29,539 bases of DNA, from the IMG/VR virus record IMGVR_UViG_2554235125_000005, positions 1 through 29,539 of that record, one strand, 5' to 3'. Below are positions 9,964 through 17,620 of this stretch, in pieces. The position numbers and the translations under genes were made by a program. Under the pieces are notes generated by a model. The model was not told the DNA's origin and searched no databases. It saw only the letters and a program-made list of their open reading frames with translations. Within the stretch, counting starts at the first letter, position 1. Every line of letters begins with the position of its first letter. The DNA comes from a virus (taxonomy: Duplodnaviria; Heunggongvirae; Uroviricota; Caudoviricetes).

Positions 9964-10595
9964 ATCGGCGCCCCCGTCGTCCCGCCGCTGTCGCCGGGGT
10001 GTTTATGGGTATGGAGTACCTTGCCATTTGACGACAGTGACCCGCCGGTATGCTCAATGTTGCCTTTCATCGTGCCGCCTTTTTGCACCTCAAGCGTCGT
10101 CGTCGTTAGCTTGTTGGTGCAAATCACCTCCGGGGTGTCGAGGGTGATACTGGTTGAGGCTTTCACCAGTACCAGCGGTACGGTTGCGATGATGGATTCC
10201 GATGCCGTCACGTCGGCCGTTTTTATGCCGCTGACCGTCAGCGCACTGGTCTCGGGCTCGTACTCAATGACCGCACCATCAGGGAAAACCACATGCCACG
10301 CATCCGCCGAGGCTGACGGGGCGGGGTTATCGTCGGAGAAAATACCAGGCAACACGAAAGCGGTATCAAGCTCGCCACCGATTGCCAGCAGCAGAACCTG
10401 CTCACCGACCGAGGGAGCCCACCACGTCCGCGAACGACCGGCTCGGGTGGTCAGCCAGTTCAGCCATGTAGTCTGGATCCCGCCGCTTTGTACGCGGCAC
10501 AGCCCCTGCACGGTATCGACCTCAGTCACTACGCCTGAGCGGATGAGGTTGCGAATCGCACGCGCTAGCTCTTGGATTGAAGATAGTGTTTTCAT
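9960..10595 (-). CDS. V: Baseplate spike / assembly protein V
   Basis: Track ORF is 246 aa; the internal Met (MKTLSSIQELARAIRNLI...) gives about 211 aa, matching P2 gpV length and N-terminus as I recall them. Start refined by eye. Confidence 0.75.
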   Translation of the reverse strand: MKTLSSIQELARAIRNLIRSGVVTEVDTVQGLCRVQSGGIQTTWLNWLTTRAGRSRTWWAPSVGEQVLLLAIGGELDTAFVLPGIFSDDNPAPSASADAWHVVFPDGAVIEYEPETSALTVSGIKTADVTASESIIATVPLVLVKASTSITLDTPEVICTNKLTTTTLEVQKGGTMKGNIEHTGGSLSSNGKVLHTHKHPGDSGGTTGAPI

Positions 10596-10723
10596 TTCGC
10601 TATCATTCACCAAGCAAACAATCATTCCAAACTGGATCAAATGTCTGATCTTTGGTACAAAAAGCATTTGGCAAGGTAATCCTGTCGATAGCAAAGACAT
10701 ATGTGTTATTGAGCGAGGGAATT
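10596..10723. promoter_or_regulatory. Divergent promoter region: late promoter for V operon (minus) and promoter of the cargo cassette (plus)
   Basis: Intergenic between divergently oriented V and the AT-rich cassette. No promoter elements confidently identified. Confidence 0.3.
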
Positions 10724-11236
10724 GTGAACTTTAATGCTTTAAAACCCAGCATTTCGTCTGCTGCTATAGGTGGTGCGGGCTTCTTATCTGCATTAGTAAC
10801 TATGTTTGTAAACGTTCAATCTGAGCTATCGGTTAAATGGTTTATATTTTTAACATGGTTAAGCATAACTATTTTTATTCTTTTGATTAAGCGTATTGAT
10901 GATCTTGAAAAAGAGAACGGAAAATCTTTTCCTGCACCATATGAAAAGCCAATTAAAATATTAAGTGGTGATGGGCTTATTCTGATAAAGAAAAACGCCA
11001 ATTTCTCTAACAATATAATAGTTGGCTGCTATCTTATTAATGATGAATTTGAAAAGATCGCATTTTCAGCACACGTCTATCACATCCAGGAAAATTTATT
11101 GCAGTTAAAAATAATTGATAGTTATTGTACAGAAGAAGAGCTTGATTTAATAAATGCAAAGGGTGCAAGCTCAATGTTAATTGTCAGGCCTAACATACCT
11201 TACGAATTACTCGAAAAGTTTGGAGAGAGAGACTAA
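10724..11236 (+). CDS. Hypothetical membrane protein (two predicted TM helices plus about 110-aa soluble domain), cargo gene 1
   Basis: GTG start preceded by GAGGGA. Hydrophobic stretches SISSAAIGGAGFLSALVTMFV and WFIFLTWLSITIFILLI. AT-rich codon usage unlike flanking phage genes. No family recognised. The track ORF begins at a TTG at 10652 without a Shine-Dalgarno. Confidence 0.45.
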   Translation: MNFNALKPSISSAAIGGAGFLSALVTMFVNVQSELSVKWFIFLTWLSITIFILLIKRIDDLEKENGKSFPAPYEKPIKILSGDGLILIKKNANFSNNIIVGCYLINDEFEKIAFSAHVYHIQENLLQLKIIDSYCTEEELDLINAKGASSMLIVRPNIPYELLEKFGERD

Positions 11237-11658
11237 TGTCTGAACTATATGATGCAAAAATTATTCATATCAACAACGATTTCACTAAATTTGTTATCAA
11301 TAAGGGTGAGAATGGAAATATACGTGACGGGATGGTATTTTTAATTTATTCACTTGGGGAAAATATTATAGATCCTGACACAGGAATAGATTTAGGCCGA
11401 CTTGAAATAGTAAAAGGTGAAGCTATTGTACATCACATACAAGAGAAAATGACTACATTAATTTCGCGTGAATTCATAGAAGAGCCAGTAAAGGAAGAAA
11501 CCATATATAAACGTGAGATTTTCGCGCATCGCAGATTAATTAGCGATCTCTATGAGGGGGTCCGTACTCCTGCGAAAAAAGTGAGAGTCTCCCCAGAGAA
11601 AAAAATCAAGCCTCTTTTAGATGTAAAAATAGGGGATTATGTTAGAAGAGTGAAGTGA
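11236..11658 (+). CDS. Hypothetical soluble protein (140 aa), cargo gene 2
   Basis: ATG overlaps the gene 1 stop (TAATG), implying translational coupling. GGAGAGAGAGA upstream. AT-rich. Possibly a small beta-barrel-like fold (IRDGMVFLIY and KIGDYVRRV segments), but this is a guess. Confidence 0.5.
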   Translation: MSELYDAKIIHINNDFTKFVINKGENGNIRDGMVFLIYSLGENIIDPDTGIDLGRLEIVKGEAIVHHIQEKMTTLISREFIEEPVKEETIYKREIFAHRRLISDLYEGVRTPAKKVRVSPEKKIKPLLDVKIGDYVRRVK

Positions 11659-11686
11659 TTAAACAATCACTTCATACATAGTACTG

Positions 11687-12136
11687 TTAACCGTGAAGAT
11701 GGGAAATAATAATATTCAATATGTTGTTATTCTCCTCATGTGAAGCGCCGAGCAACGGGCGCGCCTCGTACTGCACATCCCGGGTGTTACGGTTTGGCCG
11801 GTCTTTTAGGCCGTACTGATGCACCCGCGCCATGCGCTGCACCTTGCTGGTAAAGTCCACCACCGCCGCACTGTCGCTGCCTTTGGCTTTCATAAAGCGA
11901 TTGGTGCGCAGTTTGGCGAACATTTCACGCTTAATCCGACCTTTCTTGCCCCGCACCGGCTGGCGCTTTCGTGCCGAATACGGAGTGCCGTCGGGTGCCT
12001 GCTGGCGCTTGATGCGCTGCTGCTGACTGGTACGCAACTTTTTCGCAATCTCAGCCGCCATTTGCCGACGCGCCGCCGGTGACAGGCTGGCAATCAGACC
12101 GGCAAGACGTTCCTGCAGTGCGGTTAACTCACTCAT
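11687..12136 (-). CDS. S: Tail completion / virion morphogenesis protein S
   Basis: 149-aa ORF with the conserved core PVRGKKGRIKREMFAKLRT...VQRMARVHQYGLKDRPNRN of the P2 gpS family, as I recall it. Confidence 0.75.
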   Translation of the reverse strand: MSELTALQERLAGLIASLSPAARRQMAAEIAKKLRTSQQQRIKRQQAPDGTPYSARKRQPVRGKKGRIKREMFAKLRTNRFMKAKGSDSAAVVDFTSKVQRMARVHQYGLKDRPNRNTRDVQYEARPLLGASHEENNNILNIIISHLHG

Positions 12137-12605
12137 CCCACTTACTCACCAGTTCGCCGTTAACGTACAGCTCGACCGGGCGCATCACCGGCTCTGGCAG
12201 CGGCGGTTCAGGGGCATAGCTGACATGCAGCGCGCCGTCGACCTCTTTGACGAGCGTGCGCTCGGTGAGTCTCAGGCTGATACTGATATCGAGCGAATCG
12301 TCGTTATTGATATCAATAATCCAGGTGAATCCTTTTTCCCGACCGTCATCGGTGGTCATAATGTCCGGCTGATGTTCACGCAGCCACGCCTGCACTGGCA
12401 CGAATATCAAATCGAGGTCGCCGGTGAAGTCGGTCACTACCACGTTAAGCACGTACACCTTTTCAAACGACAGCGAGCTCGCCACTCGAGAATCGGTATG
12501 GCCGTTGTCGGCAAACAGGCGCAGCATATCGGGGTTGTTTCGGAGCTGCGGCACGGCGTTAATCAGTGCTTTGCGCAGGCTTTTGTGCTTCTGCATCGAG
12601 TTCAT
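12129..12605 (-). CDS. R: Tail completion protein R
   Basis: 158-aa ORF upstream of S with conserved-looking segments (SLSFEKVYVLNVVVTDFTGDLDL, QPDIMTTDD). Exact start uncertain (M1 or M4). Confidence 0.75.
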   Translation of the reverse strand: MNSMQKHKSLRKALINAVPQLRNNPDMLRLFADNGHTDSRVASSLSFEKVYVLNVVVTDFTGDLDLIFVPVQAWLREHQPDIMTTDDGREKGFTWIIDINNDDSLDISISLRLTERTLVKEVDGALHVSYAPEPPLPEPVMRPVELYVNGELVSKWDE

Positions 12606-12849
12606 CCTGACAGTGTTTGACGGTTTTGACCTGCAGCGCGCAGGCGGTCAGCGCGCCCTCAAGACGGCGGATATCCGCGCTCAGGTCGCCATTGGTTTTC
12701 GGGTCACTTCCCGGCATCGGGCAAAGGCTCACCCTCGGGCATCCGTTGACCACAATCACCGGCACTGGCGCAGGCGGTGCGGGTGTGCAGCCGACGCACA
12801 ACGTCAGGCAGAGCAGCGTTATACCAGCGGCGAAAGGCTTCATTTTCAT
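12559..12849 (-). CDS. lysC: Outer-membrane spanin lipoprotein (LysC / Rz1-like)
   Basis: 96-aa ORF with signal peptide and lipobox-like LCVGC followed by Pro-rich TPAPPAPVPV. Starts inside lysB in another frame and extends beyond it, the P2 arrangement. Confidence 0.65.
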   Translation of the reverse strand: MKMKPFAAGITLLCLTLCVGCTPAPPAPVPVIVVNGCPRVSLCPMPGSDPKTNGDLSADIRRLEGALTACALQVKTVKHCQDELDAEAQKPAQSTD

Positions 12850-13117
12850 TAAGTAACCTCGTTATCGTCTGCTCACGGCGGCTGGCTTCCTCGCTGGCCT
12901 TTGCGAGCTGTTCACGCAGTGCCACCTGCGCAGATTCATTACGTCTGGCAAGCTGACCGGCAACACTGAGCTGATTTTTCAGCATGCCAATCGTCGTCTT
13001 TTGTTCGCTCGCGACGCGGTTTGCTGTCTCAAAGGAGCGGGATAAATTGCCGTTCTCATGGCGCAACCACAACATCCCGAGTACAGCTAGCACCAGAAGT
13101 GTAATCAGGATTTTCAT
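12704..13117 (-). CDS. lysB: Inner-membrane spanin (LysB / Rz-like)
   Basis: N-terminal TM helix MKILITLLVLAVLGMLWL then a charged coiled-coil region. Start ATG overlaps the K stop (ATGA). Confidence 0.65.
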   Translation of the reverse strand: MKILITLLVLAVLGMLWLRHENGNLSRSFETANRVASEQKTTIGMLKNQLSVAGQLARRNESAQVALREQLAKASEEASRREQTITRLLNENEAFRRWYNAALPDVVRRLHTRTACASAGDCGQRMPEGEPLPDAGK

Positions 13118-13611
13118 GCCATTACCCCGCCAGCGGTGCGCCATACGGTGACCAGTTTGTCGAGGCTGTGCTCACGCTGGCCGTAACCGGCACCCGGTAA
13201 CGACGCCCAGATATTGCGGCACCGTGAAATTGCCCGCTCAATACGCCCCGCCTTAATATCCTCAATGGCACCGCGCTCGCGGATTAACTGAATCGCAAGT
13301 TTGTCCTGCGACAACGGGCTGAAATCAGGCAATGCGAGTTGTTTCTGATAGTGCGGCCAGTAGAGATAAAGCTGCTGGTAACGCCCTGATGCCGTGGATT
13401 TTTCGCCGCGTCGATTAAACACTTTCGCTGGTCTGCCATGTGCGAAAGGGTGGTGGGTGTAGTCGGTGAAAATTTCCGGCTTGCCATCAAGACCAGTGAC
13501 AATGACGTCGTAACCACGATTTTTCGTCAGCGGATGCGTCGCCGTCCCTTCGGAATAGGCAAGCATGTCCAGAAACGCGGCGATATTCTGGTGAGTATTA
13601 ATTACCGGCAT
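13114..13611 (-). CDS. K: Endolysin (P2 gpK-type lysozyme)
   Basis: Internal start MPVINTHQNIAAFLDMLAYSEGT gives 165 aa, the size of P2 gpK. GGGGGA Shine-Dalgarno. The track ORF (242 aa) has an implausible Cys/Trp-rich N-terminal extension. Confidence 0.8.
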   Translation of the reverse strand: MPVINTHQNIAAFLDMLAYSEGTATHPLTKNRGYDVIVTGLDGKPEIFTDYTHHPFAHGRPAKVFNRRGEKSTASGRYQQLYLYWPHYQKQLALPDFSPLSQDKLAIQLIRERGAIEDIKAGRIERAISRCRNIWASLPGAGYGQREHSLDKLVTVWRTAGGVMA

Positions 13612-13894
13612 CGCTATCCCCCTGTTGTGACTTAAAGCGGCGCTGAATGGCGATTTCCACCACCTGATAACCTGCAATGCCGAGCATAGATCCAATCCCA
13701 CAAACGGCAGGCAGTGACATATCTGGAAACTGCACCAGAACAACACCGGCGACCATTGAAACAAAACCGCCGAGCAGCATGCGGCCGATAAACAGGCGCG
13801 GGGTAATGGGCTCACCACCCGCCAGCACTTTTCCGACAACAATCATCACGCCAATCACAAACAGTGACAGGACGCCTTTTTCCCCTTCTGTCAT
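13598..13894 (-). CDS. Y: Holin
   Basis: 98-aa ORF with hydrophobic helices (LSLFVIGVMIVVGKVLAGG, LLGGFVSMVAGVVLVQF) and a charged C-terminus, directly upstream of the endolysin gene. Confidence 0.75.
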   Translation of the reverse strand: MTEGEKGVLSLFVIGVMIVVGKVLAGGEPITPRLFIGRMLLGGFVSMVAGVVLVQFPDMSLPAVCGIGSMLGIAGYQVVEIAIQRRFKSQQGDSDAGN

Positions 13895-13897
13895 GGT

Positions 13898-14101
13898 TTA
13901 CTCCCAAAGGTTGATAGTTTCTGTTACGGGTGACGATGCCACGTCGGGCAGGTCAATCGTCGTGCCATGCGGCAGAATGACGCCCAGCTCAGACAGACCG
14001 GGATTAGCCTGCAGCACCGTCTCGACCACGCCCTCAGTGCGCCCGTAATACCGGGCGCAAAGCGCGTCGATGGTGTCGCCCTGCATCGCGTAGACTTTCA
14101 T
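13898..14101 (-). CDS. X: Tail protein X (LysM-like)
   Basis: Start refined to MKVYAMQGDTIDALCARYYG (67 aa), overlapping the L stop (ATGA). Confidence 0.7.
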   Translation of the reverse strand: MKVYAMQGDTIDALCARYYGRTEGVVETVLQANPGLSELGVILPHGTTIDLPDVASSPVTETINLWE

Positions 14102-14610
14102 CAGAGCTGACCCACGATGCAGCGCGGCTTGTCCTGCAGACGCGAGACCGACCAGCGCATATCCCGCCATAGGTCATCAATGGTGGTTTCGACGCTGTCG
14201 GCTTTTTTGTCACTCTTGCCCGTGGCCTCAACTCCGCGATAACGCTCATACAGGGTGGCGGTCGCCATCGCCGTCACGGCGCTGAGGTAGTGGAAAACTC
14301 GCACATTCTCGCCGTCGATTTCCTCGGCGTCAGGCACGTCGGCCAGTGTCTTAAACCCTGCGGCAATCTGGCGCAGCCGGTAGTCGTAAAGCTCCGCATT
14401 GGTTTCTGCCATGCCGGTCTTGATGGCGTTGCGCAGGCGCGCATCGGAAACCGTCTGCTCAAGGCGCATCAGTTCGCGCACCCGCTTCGGATCCACATCA
14501 GGGAAAAAGAACGTGTTTTTAATCACTGCGTCGCCCGTTTCCGGTGCGGGAATCACCACGCCCGGTATGTCCTGCGGTTCGTCGGGCTGATTCAGTATTA
14601 CTGTTGTCAT
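14101..14610 (-). CDS. L: Head completion / stabilisation protein L
   Basis: 169-aa ORF downstream of M; P2 gpL size and position. Confidence 0.8.
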   Translation of the reverse strand: MTTVILNQPDEPQDIPGVVIPAPETGDAVIKNTFFFPDVDPKRVRELMRLEQTVSDARLRNAIKTGMAETNAELYDYRLRQIAAGFKTLADVPDAEEIDGENVRVFHYLSAVTAMATATLYERYRGVEATGKSDKKADSVETTIDDLWRDMRWSVSRLQDKPRCIVGQL

Positions 14611-14703
14611 GACAACCTCATTAGGTTGGGCGGTGGACGCCGGTCGCCGTCAGGGGCAAAACCCGCTTTGACCGGCGTGCCGCCCGGCTCGGGGAGCGTT
14701 CAG

Positions 14704-15453
14704 TTAACCGGCGGTTTTTACCGCCTTTGGTGGACGCCCGCGCTTTGCCGCCGGTTTGTTGGCAGGTTTGCGCGTGCGCGGTTTAGTCGTTTTACGGGAT
14801 GCTGCCTCTGGCTTTGGCTTCAATGCGCGCTCCAGTCGCTCAATCTCTTTGCGCACACCGGCATTGCGGTCGAGCTGCATCGCGCGCTGAAACTGTGTCA
14901 GCGCTTCGGCGCTCTGACCGGCATCGCGCAGGGTCAGGCCGGTCACCTTATGCAGTCGAGCGCGCACCATATCGGGAACGTCAGCGCCGTCGGTCAGGCT
15001 GAGGGTGGTCAACAGTAATACGAGGTCGACAGGCTCACCGGCATCGCGCAGGCGCAGCGCGGCAAGCGCCACCTCCTCAACCAGCATGTAAGGCGTGGTG
15101 CGACGATGGTCAGAGGTGAGGCCGTATTTCAGCGCGTAGGTCGCAATTTCCAGCGCGCCAGCAATCTCACCGGCATCGAGACGCCACAGCATGACGGCCA
15201 TGACAATGTCATCCTGCGCACCACGGCCATCAGCCAGCACACCGGCGACCCACGGCGCATAGAACGGCAGCAGCTCGCGCTTTTTCTCGGCCTTACGCTC
15301 ATTTGAACGGATGTTTTTTAACGTGCGGCGGTCTTCGGCCAGCTTTACCAGCATCTGCTCATAGGCGGTTGCATGGCGCAGCGGGGCTTGTTCCCGCTGC
15401 GCGGCTTGAGAGGCCGAGACCCGCATCATGTGACGTTGTGCGGGGCTCGTCAT
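14704..15453 (-). CDS. M: Terminase small (endonuclease) subunit M
   Basis: Start refined to MTSPAQRHMMRVSASQAAQ (about 249 aa) with GGAGA Shine-Dalgarno. Basic C-terminal tail (KPRTRKPANKPAAKRGRPPK). Confidence 0.8.
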   Translation of the reverse strand: MTSPAQRHMMRVSASQAAQREQAPLRHATAYEQMLVKLAEDRRTLKNIRSNERKAEKKRELLPFYAPWVAGVLADGRGAQDDIVMAVMLWRLDAGEIAGALEIATYALKYGLTSDHRRTTPYMLVEEVALAALRLRDAGEPVDLVLLLTTLSLTDGADVPDMVRARLHKVTGLTLRDAGQSAEALTQFQRAMQLDRNAGVRKEIERLERALKPKPEAASRKTTKPRTRKPANKPAAKRGRPPKAVKTAG

Positions 15454-15457
15454 GGGC

Positions 15458-16525
15458 TTACTCTCCGCTTTCCGGTACTGCAGGTGCGGTGAAATCACCC
15501 AGGGTGATATTTTCCAGCAGGCACCCGGCGGCATACGCCTCGACCACATAGTCGATGTTCATCGACTCGTAGTTTTCCACACGGTCTTTTTTCGGGTTCT
15601 CATCAATGCTGCGGCGATGGCTCTCATCCATGAAGTAGACAGAGAGGTTTTCCAGCGTGGTCACGAATACCGCATTCGCCGGGAAATACGGCACACGCAC
15701 GGCAGGCAGGTTGCCGATGCGCTTCTGGCTGATGATGATATCCGCCGCGAGCGACTCGGTGTTTTCCTGCTGCTTGTTCACCAGCGGGAAATATTTGTCG
15801 GCCAGCAGCTTACGGCCAACGATAGCAACGAGTTTCGGGTCATCCTGATAAATCTCGTCAATCAGGGTGTTGGTACCGTCCATCACCAGTGCGTCGAGGT
15901 TCTCATAGTCGCCATTCTTACCGACGCGAATCACGTCAGAAATAACGCTACCGCCCTCAGCGGTGATTTTGCTCATCACGCGCGCCGGGGCTTCGTTGCG
16001 GTACTTCTGCAGCCAGCCGACGGCCACATCTTGCAGCATCGGGTTTTTGCTGCGGTCTGAGGTGTCAGCACGGGTGGTACCGTTGAACCCGGCCATGATG
16101 AAATCGAGCGCCTGACGCTGGACAATGGCGTCGCGAATACGGCGCTGGAAGTCCTGGAAACGCGCCCACAGGTCGAGGCGTTTATAGGTCAGGTGGAAGT
16201 CAAAGTTAATCTGGTTGCACTCGTACTTGTTGGACTCAAGCGCGGTGAAATCTGCGGTCTGGCGCTCCTTGTCACCTGATGTGTCGGTCGTGCTGGCGAT
16301 GGTGCCGGTCACACCGACGCCGATTTTCTCGCCCTTCATTTCTGCGACCGGCAGAATGTTAATCATCTGCAGAAATGCGGATGACGCCTGCACTGTGTTC
16401 ATCAGCGTTTGCGTGACGGACGGCTCAACGGTGAATTTCTTGCTGACATCATCAACGCTGATGCCGTTCAGTTTGGCGAGCTGGGTCAGATAGGCATTGA
16501 ACTTAAAACGGGTTTCCTGACGCAT
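15458..16525 (-). CDS. N: Major capsid protein N
   Basis: Start refined to MRQETRFKFNAYLTQLAKLNG with AGGAA Shine-Dalgarno; the track start is a GTG. Strong resemblance to remembered P2 gpN across the whole length. Confidence 0.9.
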   Translation of the reverse strand: MRQETRFKFNAYLTQLAKLNGISVDDVSKKFTVEPSVTQTLMNTVQASSAFLQMINILPVAEMKGEKIGVGVTGTIASTTDTSGDKERQTADFTALESNKYECNQINFDFHLTYKRLDLWARFQDFQRRIRDAIVQRQALDFIMAGFNGTTRADTSDRSKNPMLQDVAVGWLQKYRNEAPARVMSKITAEGGSVISDVIRVGKNGDYENLDALVMDGTNTLIDEIYQDDPKLVAIVGRKLLADKYFPLVNKQQENTESLAADIIISQKRIGNLPAVRVPYFPANAVFVTTLENLSVYFMDESHRRSIDENPKKDRVENYESMNIDYVVEAYAAGCLLENITLGDFTAPAVPESGE

Positions 16526-16600
16526 AGTATTTCCTGTTTGAATTAATCGGTTAGTCACAGCATCGGGCGGGGTTACCGCCCGGTTTAGGTCTGCGGTTTA

Positions 16601-17455
16601 TCAGCAGTCAGTCAGCAGCTCATCGCCACCACCGCCGCTGGCTTTCGTGCGTCGCGGCTGGCTGAAACTTTCTGTTTTGTCGAGGGTGGTTTTCAGAGTG
16701 GAAAATGCCTGGCTGGTTTCTTCAATCTTGCCGGTCAGTTCCTGTTTGAAAGTGGCAAACGCGGTTTCCATAGCGGAAAGACGCTCGTCCTGTTTGGTCA
16801 GGTTAGTCTGCACATGTTCGCTGACGGTGGTCACCGCTTCATGCACATCATTCAGGCGCGCATCGTCGCTGACCTGCTTACGGCTGAAAATGGCTTTCAC
16901 CTTATCCGCCAGGCTGTTGAGTACCGTGTCAGGAACGTCTTCAAATTCCAACTCGGCCAGCGTGGCAGCGGAAAAGACGTTTTCAGGGTTGGCCTTAAAG
17001 CGCTGCAGAGGGTTGTGTTTCGCGTTGCGGCAGAATTCGAGGTATTCAGTGCCGAGGCTCGCCGGGTCATCGGTGACCGCAAGACCGACGAGGTAGCATT
17101 TGCCGGTATTGGCAAAATTCGGCTGAATTTCCATTGAGGTGTAGACCTTCTGCAATTTTTTATTCATCGCAATCAGGTCGTCTGTCGGGGTGATTCTGGC
17201 GAACAACGCCCATTTGCCGTTAAGCGCAGAATCGTCGTCAATCTTCTCGGCTTTCAGCTCGACCACATCGCCTAAGCGTTTGAAATCGCCATCGGGAAAG
17301 AGGCCGCGAATATGCTCAAGGTTAATACGGCAACCGTAGACACGAGGGTCAAACGATTCGGCCATTTCCTGAATATCGTTACCGCTGATAATGCGGCCGT
17401 CGCAGGTGTCACCTTCGACGCCGATGCGAAAGAATTTTGAGACTTTTTTTGCCAT
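16601..17455 (-). CDS. O: Capsid scaffolding protein O
   Basis: 284 aa, MAKKVSKFFRIGVEGDTCDGR...GGGGDELLTDC; near-collinear with remembered P2 gpO. Confidence 0.85.
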   Translation of the reverse strand: MAKKVSKFFRIGVEGDTCDGRIISGNDIQEMAESFDPRVYGCRINLEHIRGLFPDGDFKRLGDVVELKAEKIDDDSALNGKWALFARITPTDDLIAMNKKLQKVYTSMEIQPNFANTGKCYLVGLAVTDDPASLGTEYLEFCRNAKHNPLQRFKANPENVFSAATLAELEFEDVPDTVLNSLADKVKAIFSRKQVSDDARLNDVHEAVTTVSEHVQTNLTKQDERLSAMETAFATFKQELTGKIEETSQAFSTLKTTLDKTESFSQPRRTKASGGGGDELLTDC

Positions 17456-17620
17456 TGTCAGGAGTCCTGAGGTTGGGGTTACTGGTCAACGCCAGTTTCC
17501 AGACTCAGGACACGCCAGACCACCAATGACGACTGGACAACCGCCCACACAACAGCACCTTAGCGAATCACTGACGGCCATTAAGTAGCCTTGCCCTGAA
17601 TCCACTACGGCGAGGCATCA
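17456..17620. promoter_or_regulatory. Divergent late promoter region between O (minus) and P (plus)
   Basis: 165-bp intergenic region between divergent capsid and terminase operons, as in P2. No TGT-N12-ACA activator site found by eye. Confidence 0.4.

Noticed and set aside
10652-10723. Track start of cargo gene 1 at 10652
   Set aside because: The codon is TTG without a Shine-Dalgarno and lies only 57 bp from the divergent V start; the GTG at 10724 preceded by GAGGGA is more plausible. The true start remains uncertain.
9778-10734. 318-aa plus-strand ORF spanning the W and V genes
   Set aside because: Antisense to two conserved baseplate genes; no start context; Ser/Thr/Val-rich composition typical of a shadow frame.
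15452-16060. 202-aa plus-strand ORF inside the capsid gene N
   Set aside because: Antisense shadow ORF within the best-supported gene in the window.
17456-17620. Ogr/B-type late activator sites (TGT-N12-ACA) in the O-P intergenic region
   Set aside because: I could not find the motif by eye here or upstream of FI and V, so I annotate only a generic divergent promoter region. The activator gene itself is probably left of D, outside the window.
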